A stretch of 64,000 bases of DNA, from positions 64,394 through 128,393 of the forward strand of contig VGWF01000001.1 in NCBI GenBank assembly GCA_016873715.1, in the 5' to 3' direction. The translations under genes and the position numbers were made by a program. Below the pieces are notes generated by a model, which ran no database searches, was not told the origin of the DNA, and worked only from the letters and a program-made list of their open reading frames with translations. Shown here one piece after another: positions 27,547 through 36,094 of this stretch. The number at the start of each line of letters is the position of its first letter. The first letter of the stretch is position 1. Source of the DNA: Lentisphaerota bacterium (GTDB taxonomy: Bacteria > Verrucomicrobiota > Kiritimatiellia > PWTM01).

Positions 27547-28149
27547 CTAGCCGCGCAGGAGATCGCGGTGCTGGTGGAAGTAGACGAGACCGGAGACCAC
27601 GGTGATGGCGGCGACGGCCAGGGCCATGATGTAGGCGGCGGGGGCGAACCAGAGATCGAACGGTTCGACCCAGCCCGGCGCGAAGTACGGAAGCAGGTCC
27701 CGCTGGATCGCGAGGCCCAGCAGCATGGCGATGATCGCGACCAGCTGCCAGATCGTCTTCTGCTTGCCCCACCGGCCTGCGGAAATGTCGCGCCCGCCGC
27801 GGACGGCGAGGACGCGGAGCCCCGTGACCATGAACTCGCGGGCGAGGATGAGAACGACGATCCACGCGGGGATCAGCGGATGGCGCGCGCCGGGCAGGCG
27901 GATCTCGACGAAGCTGACGAGGGCGGCGCAGACGAGGACCTTGTCCGCCAGCGGATCGAGCAGCTGCCCGAGGGCGGTGACGCCGTACGACCCGCGCGCG
28001 AGGCGTCCGTCGAGCCAGTCCGTCAGCGCGGCGATGCCGAACACCAGCAGGGCGCCCGTGGCGCTGAACGCGAAGGGGGAGAAGAGCAGGGCGATCATGA
28101 TGCCCGCCATGACGAACCGGCTCAGCGTCAGCGCATTCGGGAGGTTCAT
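27547..28149 (-). CDS. pgsA: CDP-diacylglycerol--glycerol-3-phosphate 3-phosphatidyltransferase
   Basis: CDP-alcohol phosphatidyltransferase motif DWLDGRLAR ... GQLLDPLADK. Confidence 0.85.
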   Translation of the reverse strand: MNLPNALTLSRFVMAGIMIALLFSPFAFSATGALLVFGIAALTDWLDGRLARGSYGVTALGQLLDPLADKVLVCAALVSFVEIRLPGARHPLIPAWIVVLILAREFMVTGLRVLAVRGGRDISAGRWGKQKTIWQLVAIIAMLLGLAIQRDLLPYFAPGWVEPFDLWFAPAAYIMALAVAAITVVSGLVYFHQHRDLLRG

Positions 28150-28802
28150 GGGCGGCGCGCGGGCAGGGTGGCCGGGCGGACGGACTGCGGGTCGAGGTAG
28201 GGCTCCGGAGGCGGCTCCACGGGGGCGGTCAGTCCCGTCGGCGCCGGCGCCGCGGGCGGCTTCGCGGCGATGTGCCGTGCCAGCGCGCGGATGCCCTCGA
28301 CGGCAAGCCAGAGGATCAGGATCGCGGCGAGAGCGAGGCCGGCGGCCCGGAGGGCGGACCGCACCTGCCGGCGGTCAAGCCACTCGCGCAACGTCACGCG
28401 CGGGGGTTTCTCGCGCGGGGTCGCAGCGCCTCCGCGGGCCGCGGCGCCCTGCGGGCCGTGGCCCGCGGGTTCGCCGCCGAGATCGGTCTCGGGGGCCAGC
28501 TCGCGGGACAGGGGCGTGCGGCGACCGACGAGCTTGGGCGCCGTCTCGTGGGGAATCGTGGGGCGCTGGGGGCCGTGGACCTCGAGGTAGGCGCGGACGA
28601 GCGCCTCGGGGTCGACTCCCAGGAACTCGCCGTAGAGGCGGAGGAAGCCCTTCGCGTAGATGACGGCGCCGAGCTGGTCGAACCGGTCGGCTTCCATCAT
28701 CTCGATCTGGGTCGACTTGATGCGCGTCGCCTCGGCGGCCTGCGAGATCGTCGCTTTCCGCGCCTCCCGGGTCGCCCGGAGCTTCTGTCCGATGGTCTGC
28801 AT
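28146..28802 (-). CDS. HTH (XRE-like) domain membrane protein, RodZ-like
   Basis: N-terminal HTH (IGQKLRATREARKATISQAAEATRIKSTQIEMME), a Pro-rich linker, and a single TM helix LALAAILILWLAV near the C-terminus. Confidence 0.6.
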   Translation of the reverse strand: MQTIGQKLRATREARKATISQAAEATRIKSTQIEMMEADRFDQLGAVIYAKGFLRLYGEFLGVDPEALVRAYLEVHGPQRPTIPHETAPKLVGRRTPLSRELAPETDLGGEPAGHGPQGAAARGGAATPREKPPRVTLREWLDRRQVRSALRAAGLALAAILILWLAVEGIRALARHIAAKPPAAPAPTGLTAPVEPPPEPYLDPQSVRPATLPARRP

Positions 28803-28830
28803 GGGAAGAATGGGAACCGGTGGCGGCGGC

Positions 28831-31365
28831 TCAGGTGTTCTCCTCGTCCGCCCCGCCGAGTTCGGCGGGGGGCGCGTGGGGATTCTGCGGGATGTCGCCT
28901 TCGAGGTCGATGAGAATCTCCCGCGGGTCGGAGCCCTGGGCGGGGCCGACGATGCCGCGCTCCTCGAGGAGGTCCATCACGCGCGCGGCCCGGGTGTAGC
29001 CGATGCGGAGCCGCCGCTGCAGGGACGACGTCGAGGCCCGCCGGGTCTGCTTGATGATCTCGATGGACTGCTCGAGGATCTCCTCGTCCTCCTCCATGTC
29101 GGGGACGTCGGCCGACTTCTTCTCGATCTTCTCCCGGATGGAGGCCTCGTACTGCGGCGCGGCCTGGGCGCGCCAGTGATCGGCGATGGAGTGCACGTCG
29201 TGGTCGCTGACCATGCAGCCCTGCGCGCGCACGAGCCGGCCGATGCCGGGCGGCAGGAAGAGCATGTCGCCGCGGCCGAGAAGCTTGTCCGCGCCGTTCG
29301 CGTCGAGAATCGTCCGGCTGTCGTTCTTCTGGGCGACCTGGAACGCGATGCGCGCCGGGAAATTCGCCTTGATGGTCCCGGTGATGACGTCGACGGAGGG
29401 CCGCTGCGTGGCCAGGATCATGTGGATGCCCACGGCGCGGGAGAGCTGCGCGAGGCGGGCGATCTGGTTCTCGATCTCGGCCTGCGCGACGAGCATGAGG
29501 TCCGCCAGCTCGTCGACGACGATGACGATGTAGGGCACCCGGTCGGGGATCGCGGGGCCGTCGGCCGGCGGGGCGTCGCCGCCGAAGAGGTCCTGCTGCT
29601 TGACGATCGGCCGGGCGTTGAACGACTTGATGTTCCGCACCCCGGCGCGCGCGAAGAGCTTGTAACGCGCCTCCATCTCCTGGATCGCCCACCGCAGGCC
29701 GTGCATCACCTTCTTCGCGTCGGTGATGACCGGCACGACGAGGTGCGGCAGCTCGCGGTAGGCGGAGAACTCGACGATCTTCGGGTCGACCAGCATCAGG
29801 CGGAGTTCCGCGGGCGTCCGGGCCATCAGGAGGCCCGAGAGAAGGGCGTTCATGCAGACGGTCTTCCCGGAGCCCGTCGCCCCGGCGATCAGCATGTGGG
29901 GCATGTCGGCCAGGTCGGCGACGAGAACGCGTCCGCCGACGTCCTGCCCGACGGCCAGCGGCAGGGCCGCGCGGCTCCCGCGCCACGTGTCGCTCTCGAG
30001 GATCTCGCGGAGGTAGACGACCGAGGTCTTCGGGTTCGGCACCTCGATGCCGACGACGCCCTTGCCGGGGATCGGCGCCTGCACGCGGACGCTCTCCGCC
30101 TTGAGCGACAGGCCGATGTTGTTGCTCAGCCCCGTGATCTTCTCGACGCGCACGCCGGGCGCCGGCAGGAGTTCGTAGCGGGTCACGACCGGGCCGGTCT
30201 CGACGTTGGTGACGCGCGCCTCGATGCCGAAGTCGGCGAGGGTGTCGATCAGCGTCTGCTGCGAGTGCTGGAGGTCGTCGTGGATCGTCCTCTGCTCGGC
30301 GGGCGGCAGCGGGTCCAGCAGCGAGAACGGCGGCAGGGCGTAGGTTCCGCCTCCGCCGGCGCCCGGCGGACCGGGCGGCGTGGCCGCGGTGACGGACGGT
30401 TCGGGCGGCGGCTCCGGCTTGGGAGGCTTCTCCGGCCGCGGCGGCCGGGGCCGGGGCGGCGCCGGCTCGGGCGCGGGCGGCGCGGGAGGAGGCTCCGGTT
30501 CCGGCTCGGGTGGCGGCACGGCGCGTGCGACCGGCGGCTCGGGCGCGGGGCGCTCGGACCGGGCGGGAACGGGCTTCTCCGCCGCGGGCCGTTCGGCCGC
30601 AGGCTCGCGCGCGCGGCCGGATCGCGTCGCGGCGGCGGGGACCGCGGGCGCCGCGGCCAGACGGTCGGTGGACGGGATCGCCTGGTGCTGCTTCAGGGCC
30701 TCTTCCAGCGTGCGGCGCTTCTTCGCGACCTCGGTCTGCGCCTCCTTCAGCTGGTCGATGCGGTCCATCTTCGAGACGCGGCCCTCCTTCCATCGCTCGT
30801 GGAGCCTGCGGCCCTGCGCGACCAGCCATTGGGCGATGGCATAGGGGCTGACGCGGAAGAAGAAGATCAACCCCGCGGCCAGGCCGGTGGAGGCGACGAT
30901 GAGGGCGCCCGACTCGCCGAGGTACGGCGCGAGCAGGCGCGTGCCCAGCGTGTGGCCGACCATGCCGCCGCAGCTGCCGACGTTGAGCTTCTGCGCCCAG
31001 ATCGTCCACCAGAGCGGCCGCAGTTCGATGAGGATCGTCAGCGAGACGATCATCAGCACCAGCCAGAGCACGCGGGGGCCGACGCGGCCGACGCGCTGGA
31101 AGAGGATGTAGCCGGTCCAGACCAGCAGGCCGAACGGCAGCACGTAGGCCGTGACGCCCAGGCCCATGAAGAGGACGAAGGCGGTCCACGCGCCCGCGAG
31201 TCCGATCAGGTTCGCGGCGGGCCGGGTCGGGGGGTCCTTCAGGGTGGAGATGTCGGCCGGCGAGTAGGAGAACATGCTCAGGAGGAGCATGAGGCACAAC
31301 GCCAGCAGCACGATGCCGCCGAACTCGCGCCACCCCGTCCCGCCCGTTTCCTTCTTGACCGCCAT
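28831..31365 (-). CDS. ftsK: DNA translocase FtsK/SpoIIIE
   Basis: N-terminal TM helices, Pro-rich linker, Walker A GATGSGKT, ILATQRPSVDVITGTIKANFPARIAFQV, and C-terminal gamma winged helix (RRLRIGYTRAARVMDLLEERGIVGP). Start at MAVKKE. Confidence 0.9.
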   Translation of the reverse strand: MAVKKETGGTGWREFGGIVLLALCLMLLLSMFSYSPADISTLKDPPTRPAANLIGLAGAWTAFVLFMGLGVTAYVLPFGLLVWTGYILFQRVGRVGPRVLWLVLMIVSLTILIELRPLWWTIWAQKLNVGSCGGMVGHTLGTRLLAPYLGESGALIVASTGLAAGLIFFFRVSPYAIAQWLVAQGRRLHERWKEGRVSKMDRIDQLKEAQTEVAKKRRTLEEALKQHQAIPSTDRLAAAPAVPAAATRSGRAREPAAERPAAEKPVPARSERPAPEPPVARAVPPPEPEPEPPPAPPAPEPAPPRPRPPRPEKPPKPEPPPEPSVTAATPPGPPGAGGGGTYALPPFSLLDPLPPAEQRTIHDDLQHSQQTLIDTLADFGIEARVTNVETGPVVTRYELLPAPGVRVEKITGLSNNIGLSLKAESVRVQAPIPGKGVVGIEVPNPKTSVVYLREILESDTWRGSRAALPLAVGQDVGGRVLVADLADMPHMLIAGATGSGKTVCMNALLSGLLMARTPAELRLMLVDPKIVEFSAYRELPHLVVPVITDAKKVMHGLRWAIQEMEARYKLFARAGVRNIKSFNARPIVKQQDLFGGDAPPADGPAIPDRVPYIVIVVDELADLMLVAQAEIENQIARLAQLSRAVGIHMILATQRPSVDVITGTIKANFPARIAFQVAQKNDSRTILDANGADKLLGRGDMLFLPPGIGRLVRAQGCMVSDHDVHSIADHWRAQAAPQYEASIREKIEKKSADVPDMEEDEEILEQSIEIIKQTRRASTSSLQRRLRIGYTRAARVMDLLEERGIVGPAQGSDPREILIDLEGDIPQNPHAPPAELGGADEENT

Positions 31366-31473
31366 GCTTCGGCCCGCTCCGGTCGCGCCGAACGCGCGCA
31401 CATCCTCCGCGCGGCTCCGGCAGGCCCGGCGGCGCACTGCGCCCCCGGCTGCGGCCCGCCGATCCGCGAACGA

Positions 31474-32226
31474 CTACTCGACCAGGTCGACCAGGCGCCG
31501 GACCTCGGGGCTCGGCTGCGCCGGGGCCTGCCGGCCCTCGCCCGCACCCTCGCCGCCGCCCGCTGCGCCGTCGCCGGCGCCGGGGTTGTCAGGGCGGGGC
31601 GGGGGAGGTCCCTGGCGCGGACCGCCACCACCACCGCCACCACCGCCACCACCGCCACCGCCGCCGGGCCCGCGTCCGCCGCGGCGACGCCGGCCCCGGC
31701 CATCGCCGCGACCGTCCCCGCGACCGTCACCGCGCCCGTCGCCACGATGGTCACCCCGGCCGTCCTCGCCGCGGCCCTCGGAAAACCCGTCGCCGCCGTC
31801 GCCCATCTCGAGGGCCTTGCGGAACGTGCTTGCGCGCAGGGTCTGCGCGCCGGCCGCCGCGGCGTCCTTCTCCATCTGGGCATCCCCGCAGACGACCGTC
31901 ACCCGGCCCTTGCGGGCCGCCTGTTTCGCAATCTCGAGGATGCGCTCGCGACGTCCCGCGGCGTTGTCGGCGTAGTAGACCGTGACGCCCTGGAACTCGT
32001 CGCCGTCGGCCGCCTTGTGCAGCGCTTCGCCCTCGTAGACAACCGTGACGCGGACCTTCTCCTTCTCTGCGAACCGGCCCAGCCGGTAGAGCAGCCCGAT
32101 CATGTCCCGCGGGGACGGTCGTCCGGAACGGATGTTGAGGACGCCGACGCCGTCGAGAATGAATGCGGGGCCACCGGCCTCCGGATCGGAGGAGAACCAC
32201 CCGCTGATCTTGTCCAACAGACCCAT
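31474..32226 (-). CDS. NYN-domain (YacP/Rae1-like) putative ribonuclease with C-terminal RGD-repeat / poly-Gly low-complexity tail
   Basis: AFILDGVGVL ... VRVTVVYEG ... VTVYYADNAAGRRERILEIAKQAARKGRVTVVCGDAQ parallels B. subtilis YacP (LVDGYN ... VIVVFDAH ... TADE ... VATSD). Tail (DGRG)x4 followed by a ~15-residue poly-Gly run. Confidence 0.65.
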   Translation of the reverse strand: MGLLDKISGWFSSDPEAGGPAFILDGVGVLNIRSGRPSPRDMIGLLYRLGRFAEKEKVRVTVVYEGEALHKAADGDEFQGVTVYYADNAAGRRERILEIAKQAARKGRVTVVCGDAQMEKDAAAAGAQTLRASTFRKALEMGDGGDGFSEGRGEDGRGDHRGDGRGDGRGDGRGDGRGRRRRGGRGPGGGGGGGGGGGGGGGPRQGPPPPRPDNPGAGDGAAGGGEGAGEGRQAPAQPSPEVRRLVDLVE

Positions 32227-32464
32227 GAATGCTCCCGCTGACTGCCATCCACTGCCGCGCCGTGAGCGCGGTGCGCCCGGGGGCCGGTTCGGTCCGCCCC
32301 CCGCCGCCGGTCGGCCGGCCCCCGGGGCCGCCGCTTCCAGCCGGCGCACAATTCGCGTGCAGACTAGACGATGCGAAGCCCGCAATCAAGCACGGGTTCC
32401 GCATCGCGGAGGTCCGGGCGCATCTCCGTCCTGCGCAGGGTGACGGCCGGGGGCGGGTGCCAAC

Positions 32465-32904
32465 GTAGTCCTCACGCTCCGCGTGAGGACGTCTGCGTAA
32501 TCCGGATTGTCATCACGCGGAGCGTGATGACTACTATGCAGGGCCACCGCCGATCTTGCGCGGGGGGATGGCCGGTAGTCCTCACGCTCCGCGTGAGGAC
32601 GTCTGCGTAATCCGGATTGTCATCACGCGGAGCGTGATGACTACCCTGCGGAGCCACGGCCGATCGTGCGCGGGGGGATGGCCGGTAGTCCTCACGCTCC
32701 GCGTGAGGACGTCTGCGTAATCCGGATTGTCATCACGCGGAGCGTGATGACTACTATGCAGGGCCACCGCCGATCTTGCGCGGGGGGATGGCCGGTAGTC
32801 CTCACGCTCCGCGTGAGGACATCTCCGCAACCCGGATGGTCATCACGCGGAGCGTGATGACGACCCTGCGGAGCCACCGCCGATCGTGCGCGGGGGGATG
32901 GCCG
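32465..32904. repeat. Tandem array of 4 x 110-bp units, each with two perfect 10-bp-stem hairpins (BIME/REP-like). Not CRISPR.
   Basis: Units begin at 32465, 32575, 32685 and 32795. Each holds gtcctcacgc-tcc-gcgtgaggac and gtcatcacgc-gga-gcgtgatgac 41 bp apart. The inter-hairpin spacers are themselves repeated in alternating A/B variants, so these are not unique CRISPR spacers. Confidence 0.85.
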
Positions 32905-33015
32905 GAGGGGCGCATCTCCGGTCCTGTGCCGCGACGACGAAGGCGCCCGCACGATCGGGTCCATGAATCGGAGATGCGCCCGGAGGTCCGGGCGCGGGAG
33001 GGGACGACGCGAAGC

Positions 33016-33043
33016 GGCCCGGCGGGGGTGCCCCGCCGGGCCG
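33016..33043 (-). terminator. GC-rich hairpin downstream of the oxidoreductase gene
   Basis: Perfect 12-bp stem ggcccggcgggg / ccccgccgggcc with a 4-nt loop, 26 nt past the stop of the minus-strand gene. No U-tract. Confidence 0.3.
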
Positions 33044-33068
33044 CGGATCACCGGCCTGCGGGCGCCGG

Positions 33069-34406
33069 TTAGACGAGCGGGTCGCAGCCCGTCGAGATCG
33101 GGTGGAAGAGGCCGGGGCCCGGCTTCCACATCGACCGGTCGGGCACGAGCGCGTTCTTCGACGCCTTCAACAGCCAGTCCCACGTGAAGGTGCGGCCGGT
33201 CGTCGCCGCCAGCCGGCCGCCGATCGCGGTCAGGGTGCTCTCCGCGATGCGCATGCCCTCGTTGAGCGGCTTGCCGGCGCGGATGCTCTTGATCAGGTCG
33301 ACGTGCTCCTGGTCCATGCCGTTGACGCTCGGGCCGGAGTACTCCCAGATCTTCTCGCCCTTGTGGCCCATGATGCGGTTGGCGCAATCGCTGACCGCCT
33401 TGGTTCCGACGATCTTCTCGTTGCTGCGGCCCGTCCCCGGGCTGTGGCCGCTGAAGCTCAGGCACCGCGCCCCGTTCGCGTATTCGAACTCGGCGAAGAC
33501 GTGGTCCCAGATGTCGCCGTTGTACTTCGGCCACTGCGCGTCGTTCTTGAACGCGGCGGCGACCTTCTTCGCCTCCGTGCTGTAGTCGCGGCAGGCGCGG
33601 CCGCCGACGGCGGTGAACTTCTTCGGCGGGCCGTCGAAGCACCAGTTCATCACGTCGATGTTGTGGATGTGCTGCTCGCAGATCTGGTCGCCGGAGAGCC
33701 ACGTGAAGTGATACCAGTTCTCGCACTGCCACTCCATCTCCGTGAGCCCCTCCTTCATGCCGCGGTACCAGATGCCGCCGCCGTACCAGTAGCACTGGCC
33801 GCCGATCAGGTCGCCGATGGCGCCGCCGTGGATGCGCTTCATCAACTCGACGCGGCTGAACTCGTGGCGGCGCTGCGTGCCGCACACGATCGCCAGGCCC
33901 TTCTGCTCGGCGAGCTTCGAGGCCTCCATGAACACGCGGACGCCGGCGACGTCGGTCGCGACGGGCTTCTCGGTGAACACGTGCTTGCCCGCCTGGATCG
34001 CGGCCATCATCTGCCACGGACGGAAGCCCGGGGCGGTCGCCATCAGCAGCAGGTGCGTGTTCGTCTTGACGAGCTTCTCGTGGCAGTCGAAGCCGCCGAG
34101 GATCGCGTCGTCCGGGACGCGGATGCGGCCGGCGTACTTCGGATCCTTCATCAGCGCGTCGCGCAGCTTGCGCGCCTTGTCCGGGAACAGGTCGGCGAGG
34201 GCGACGACCACGATGCCGGGGTCGGCGTTCAGGCACTGCCGGATCGCGCCGCTGCCGCGGCCGCCGCAGCCGAGGAGGCCGATGCGGATCTCGTCCGAGC
34301 CGGCCGCGTGGACCGGCGCGACCGCCGCGCCGGCGAGGGTGGCGGCGCCGGCCAGGATGGCCGCGTCGCGCCCGGGAATCTGGGGGGCATTCATCTTCGT
34401 TTCCAT
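33069..34406 (-). CDS. Secreted Gfo/Idh/MocA-family NAD(P) oxidoreductase (glycosidase-like, GH109-type architecture)
   Basis: Signal peptide then IRIGLLGCGGRGSG Rossmann motif. Start at METKMN. Paralog of the next gene. Confidence 0.75.
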   Translation of the reverse strand: METKMNAPQIPGRDAAILAGAATLAGAAVAPVHAAGSDEIRIGLLGCGGRGSGAIRQCLNADPGIVVVALADLFPDKARKLRDALMKDPKYAGRIRVPDDAILGGFDCHEKLVKTNTHLLLMATAPGFRPWQMMAAIQAGKHVFTEKPVATDVAGVRVFMEASKLAEQKGLAIVCGTQRRHEFSRVELMKRIHGGAIGDLIGGQCYWYGGGIWYRGMKEGLTEMEWQCENWYHFTWLSGDQICEQHIHNIDVMNWCFDGPPKKFTAVGGRACRDYSTEAKKVAAAFKNDAQWPKYNGDIWDHVFAEFEYANGARCLSFSGHSPGTGRSNEKIVGTKAVSDCANRIMGHKGEKIWEYSGPSVNGMDQEHVDLIKSIRAGKPLNEGMRIAESTLTAIGGRLAATTGRTFTWDWLLKASKNALVPDRSMWKPGPGLFHPISTGCDPLV

Positions 34407-34440
34407 GGAAATGTCCTTTGGGTGAAGGGGTGCGCGGCGG

Positions 34441-35736
34441 CTACTTGTTCTTCCTCTTGCCGCCATCGGCCTTGGGCATGCCCGGCAGCTCGTAGATTCC
34501 CGGCACCGCGACCGGGGGCACCGGCAGCGCGTCGGACATTTTCAGGCCCGCCCGGGGCATGAGGTCGAGCTCGCAGCGCTGGATGAACCACTCGCGCTTC
34601 ATCTGCTGTCGGGAGTAGGCCGACTCGCGCGCCATGACCGCGCACATCGTGCTCTCGGTCACCTGCTGCGCCTCGTTGAGGTAGGCGCCGCCGCGGATGC
34701 TGGCGATCAGGTCCGTGTGCTCCTGGACGTAGGGGTCCGGGCTCGGTCCCTCGTACTTCCAGGGCTTCTCGCCCTGGATCGAGCCGCCGCAGTCGCTCGT
34801 GCCCTTCGTGCCGACGATCCGCTCGGAGACGTTCCCCGTCGTGTTCTCGATCTGGCGGCACATGCTGATCGTGCGGACGTCGTTCGGGTAGAAGAACTCC
34901 GTCCCGAAGTGGTCGTAGATGTGCCCGAACTCGGGGCCGGTCCGAAACTGGCGGCCGCCGATCGAGTGCACCTGCTCGGGCAGGGCGCGGAACGCCCAGT
35001 TGATCACGTCGAGGTTGTGTACGTGCTGCTCGACGATGTGATCGCCGGAGAGCCACGTGAAGTAGAGCCAGTTGCGGAGCTGCCACTCGACGTCGCTCTG
35101 GCCGGCCTCGCGGGGCTTCACCCACAGGCCGCCCATGTTCCAGTAGCACTGGGCGGAGACGAGGTCGCCGATGGCGCCGTCGTGGATGCGTTTCATCGTC
35201 TCGACGTAGCGCGGCTCGTGGCGGCGCTGCGTGCCCGCGACGACGGAGAGCTTCTTCTCCACCGAGGTCTTCGCCGACTCGAGCATCTTGCGCAGGCCCG
35301 CCGCGCAGACCGCAACGGGCTTCTCCGTGAAGATGTGCTTGCCGGCCGCGACGGCGGCCGCGAAGTGGATCGGACGGAACCCCGGCGGCGTCGCCAGGAT
35401 CACGAGGTCGATGCCGTCCGCCGCGAGGAGCTGCTGGTAGGCATCGAGCCCGACGAAGCAGCGGTTGTCCGGGACCTGGTGCTTGGTCTTGAGGCCCTGC
35501 AGGCGGTCCGTGAAGGCATCGGCCAGCGCGACGATCTTCACGCCCGGCGCGGAGGCCACGCAGTTCTCCGCGGCGCCGGATCCCCGGCCGCCGCAGCCGA
35601 TGACGCCGACGCGGATCGTGTCCGTCGCCGCCGTCCACCCGACGCGCGGCACCGCGCCGGCGATCGCCAGGCTTCCCACCGTCGCCGTCGAGTTCCCGAG
35701 GAACTGCCGGCGCGTCAACCCGCTCCGTCCTGCCAT
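34441..35736 (-). CDS. TAT-exported Gfo/Idh/MocA-family oxidoreductase (paralog)
   Basis: Twin-arginine motif TRRQFLGNS followed by IRVGVIGCGGRGSG. Roughly 50% identical by eye to the upstream gene. Confidence 0.8.
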   Translation of the reverse strand: MAGRSGLTRRQFLGNSTATVGSLAIAGAVPRVGWTAATDTIRVGVIGCGGRGSGAAENCVASAPGVKIVALADAFTDRLQGLKTKHQVPDNRCFVGLDAYQQLLAADGIDLVILATPPGFRPIHFAAAVAAGKHIFTEKPVAVCAAGLRKMLESAKTSVEKKLSVVAGTQRRHEPRYVETMKRIHDGAIGDLVSAQCYWNMGGLWVKPREAGQSDVEWQLRNWLYFTWLSGDHIVEQHVHNLDVINWAFRALPEQVHSIGGRQFRTGPEFGHIYDHFGTEFFYPNDVRTISMCRQIENTTGNVSERIVGTKGTSDCGGSIQGEKPWKYEGPSPDPYVQEHTDLIASIRGGAYLNEAQQVTESTMCAVMARESAYSRQQMKREWFIQRCELDLMPRAGLKMSDALPVPPVAVPGIYELPGMPKADGGKRKNK

Positions 35737-35875
35737 GGTCTCCTCCTGAGCTTTCGAAGCTGCGTCCGCCGGGCGCCGGATGCGCCTCCGTGTCGGACGC
35801 GGAATGTCCGGCAGAATAGACCCGCAGCCCGTCGGGACACAAGCACGGCGTGGCGAGAAACCAGGGCCGATGAAT

Positions 35876-36032
35876 CCGCCGGGAAAGGGAGACTCCAGCC
35901 GAACGATCCTCGAATCAAGGCGAAGGCGATGCCGCGTCGCACCCCCGCAACCGCAAGGGCTCCCGCGTCCGCCTGCGACTCCGCGCTCCGCCGGCCGGAC
36001 GGTACCACTACCGCAGGGAAGATGCGTCTGCC
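35876..36032. mobile_element. MITE-like element, copy 2 (5'-truncated, right TIR only)
   Basis: Shares gggaaagggaga-ccagccgaacgatcc-gaatcaaggc ... gtcgcacccccgcaaccgcaagggctcc ... aagatgcgtctgcc with copy 1. Lacks the left TIR. Confidence 0.55.
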
Positions 36033-36094
36033 GTGGGGGGGGAGACGCGGGATGAAGGACTCCGGCGGACGCCGGGCGTCGGCCGCAGCCGGTG

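Noticed and set aside
32371-32857. ORFs 32371..32610(+), 32472..32657(-), 32582..32830(-) and 32666..32857(+), encoding repeated peptides such as HAPRDDNPDYADVLTRSVRTTGHPPA
   Set aside because: Their periodic translation is a by-product of the 110-bp DNA tandem repeat. Coordinates shift by exactly 110 bp. There are no start or RBS contexts.
32465-32904. CRISPR array call for the 23-bp palindromic repeats
   Set aside because: The sequences between the palindromes (18 bp and ~64 bp) are themselves repeated near-identically in every unit. They alternate between just two variants, so they are not unique spacers. Spacing alternates 41/69 bp rather than being uniform. No cas genes are nearby. This is a tandem 110-bp repeat, not CRISPR.
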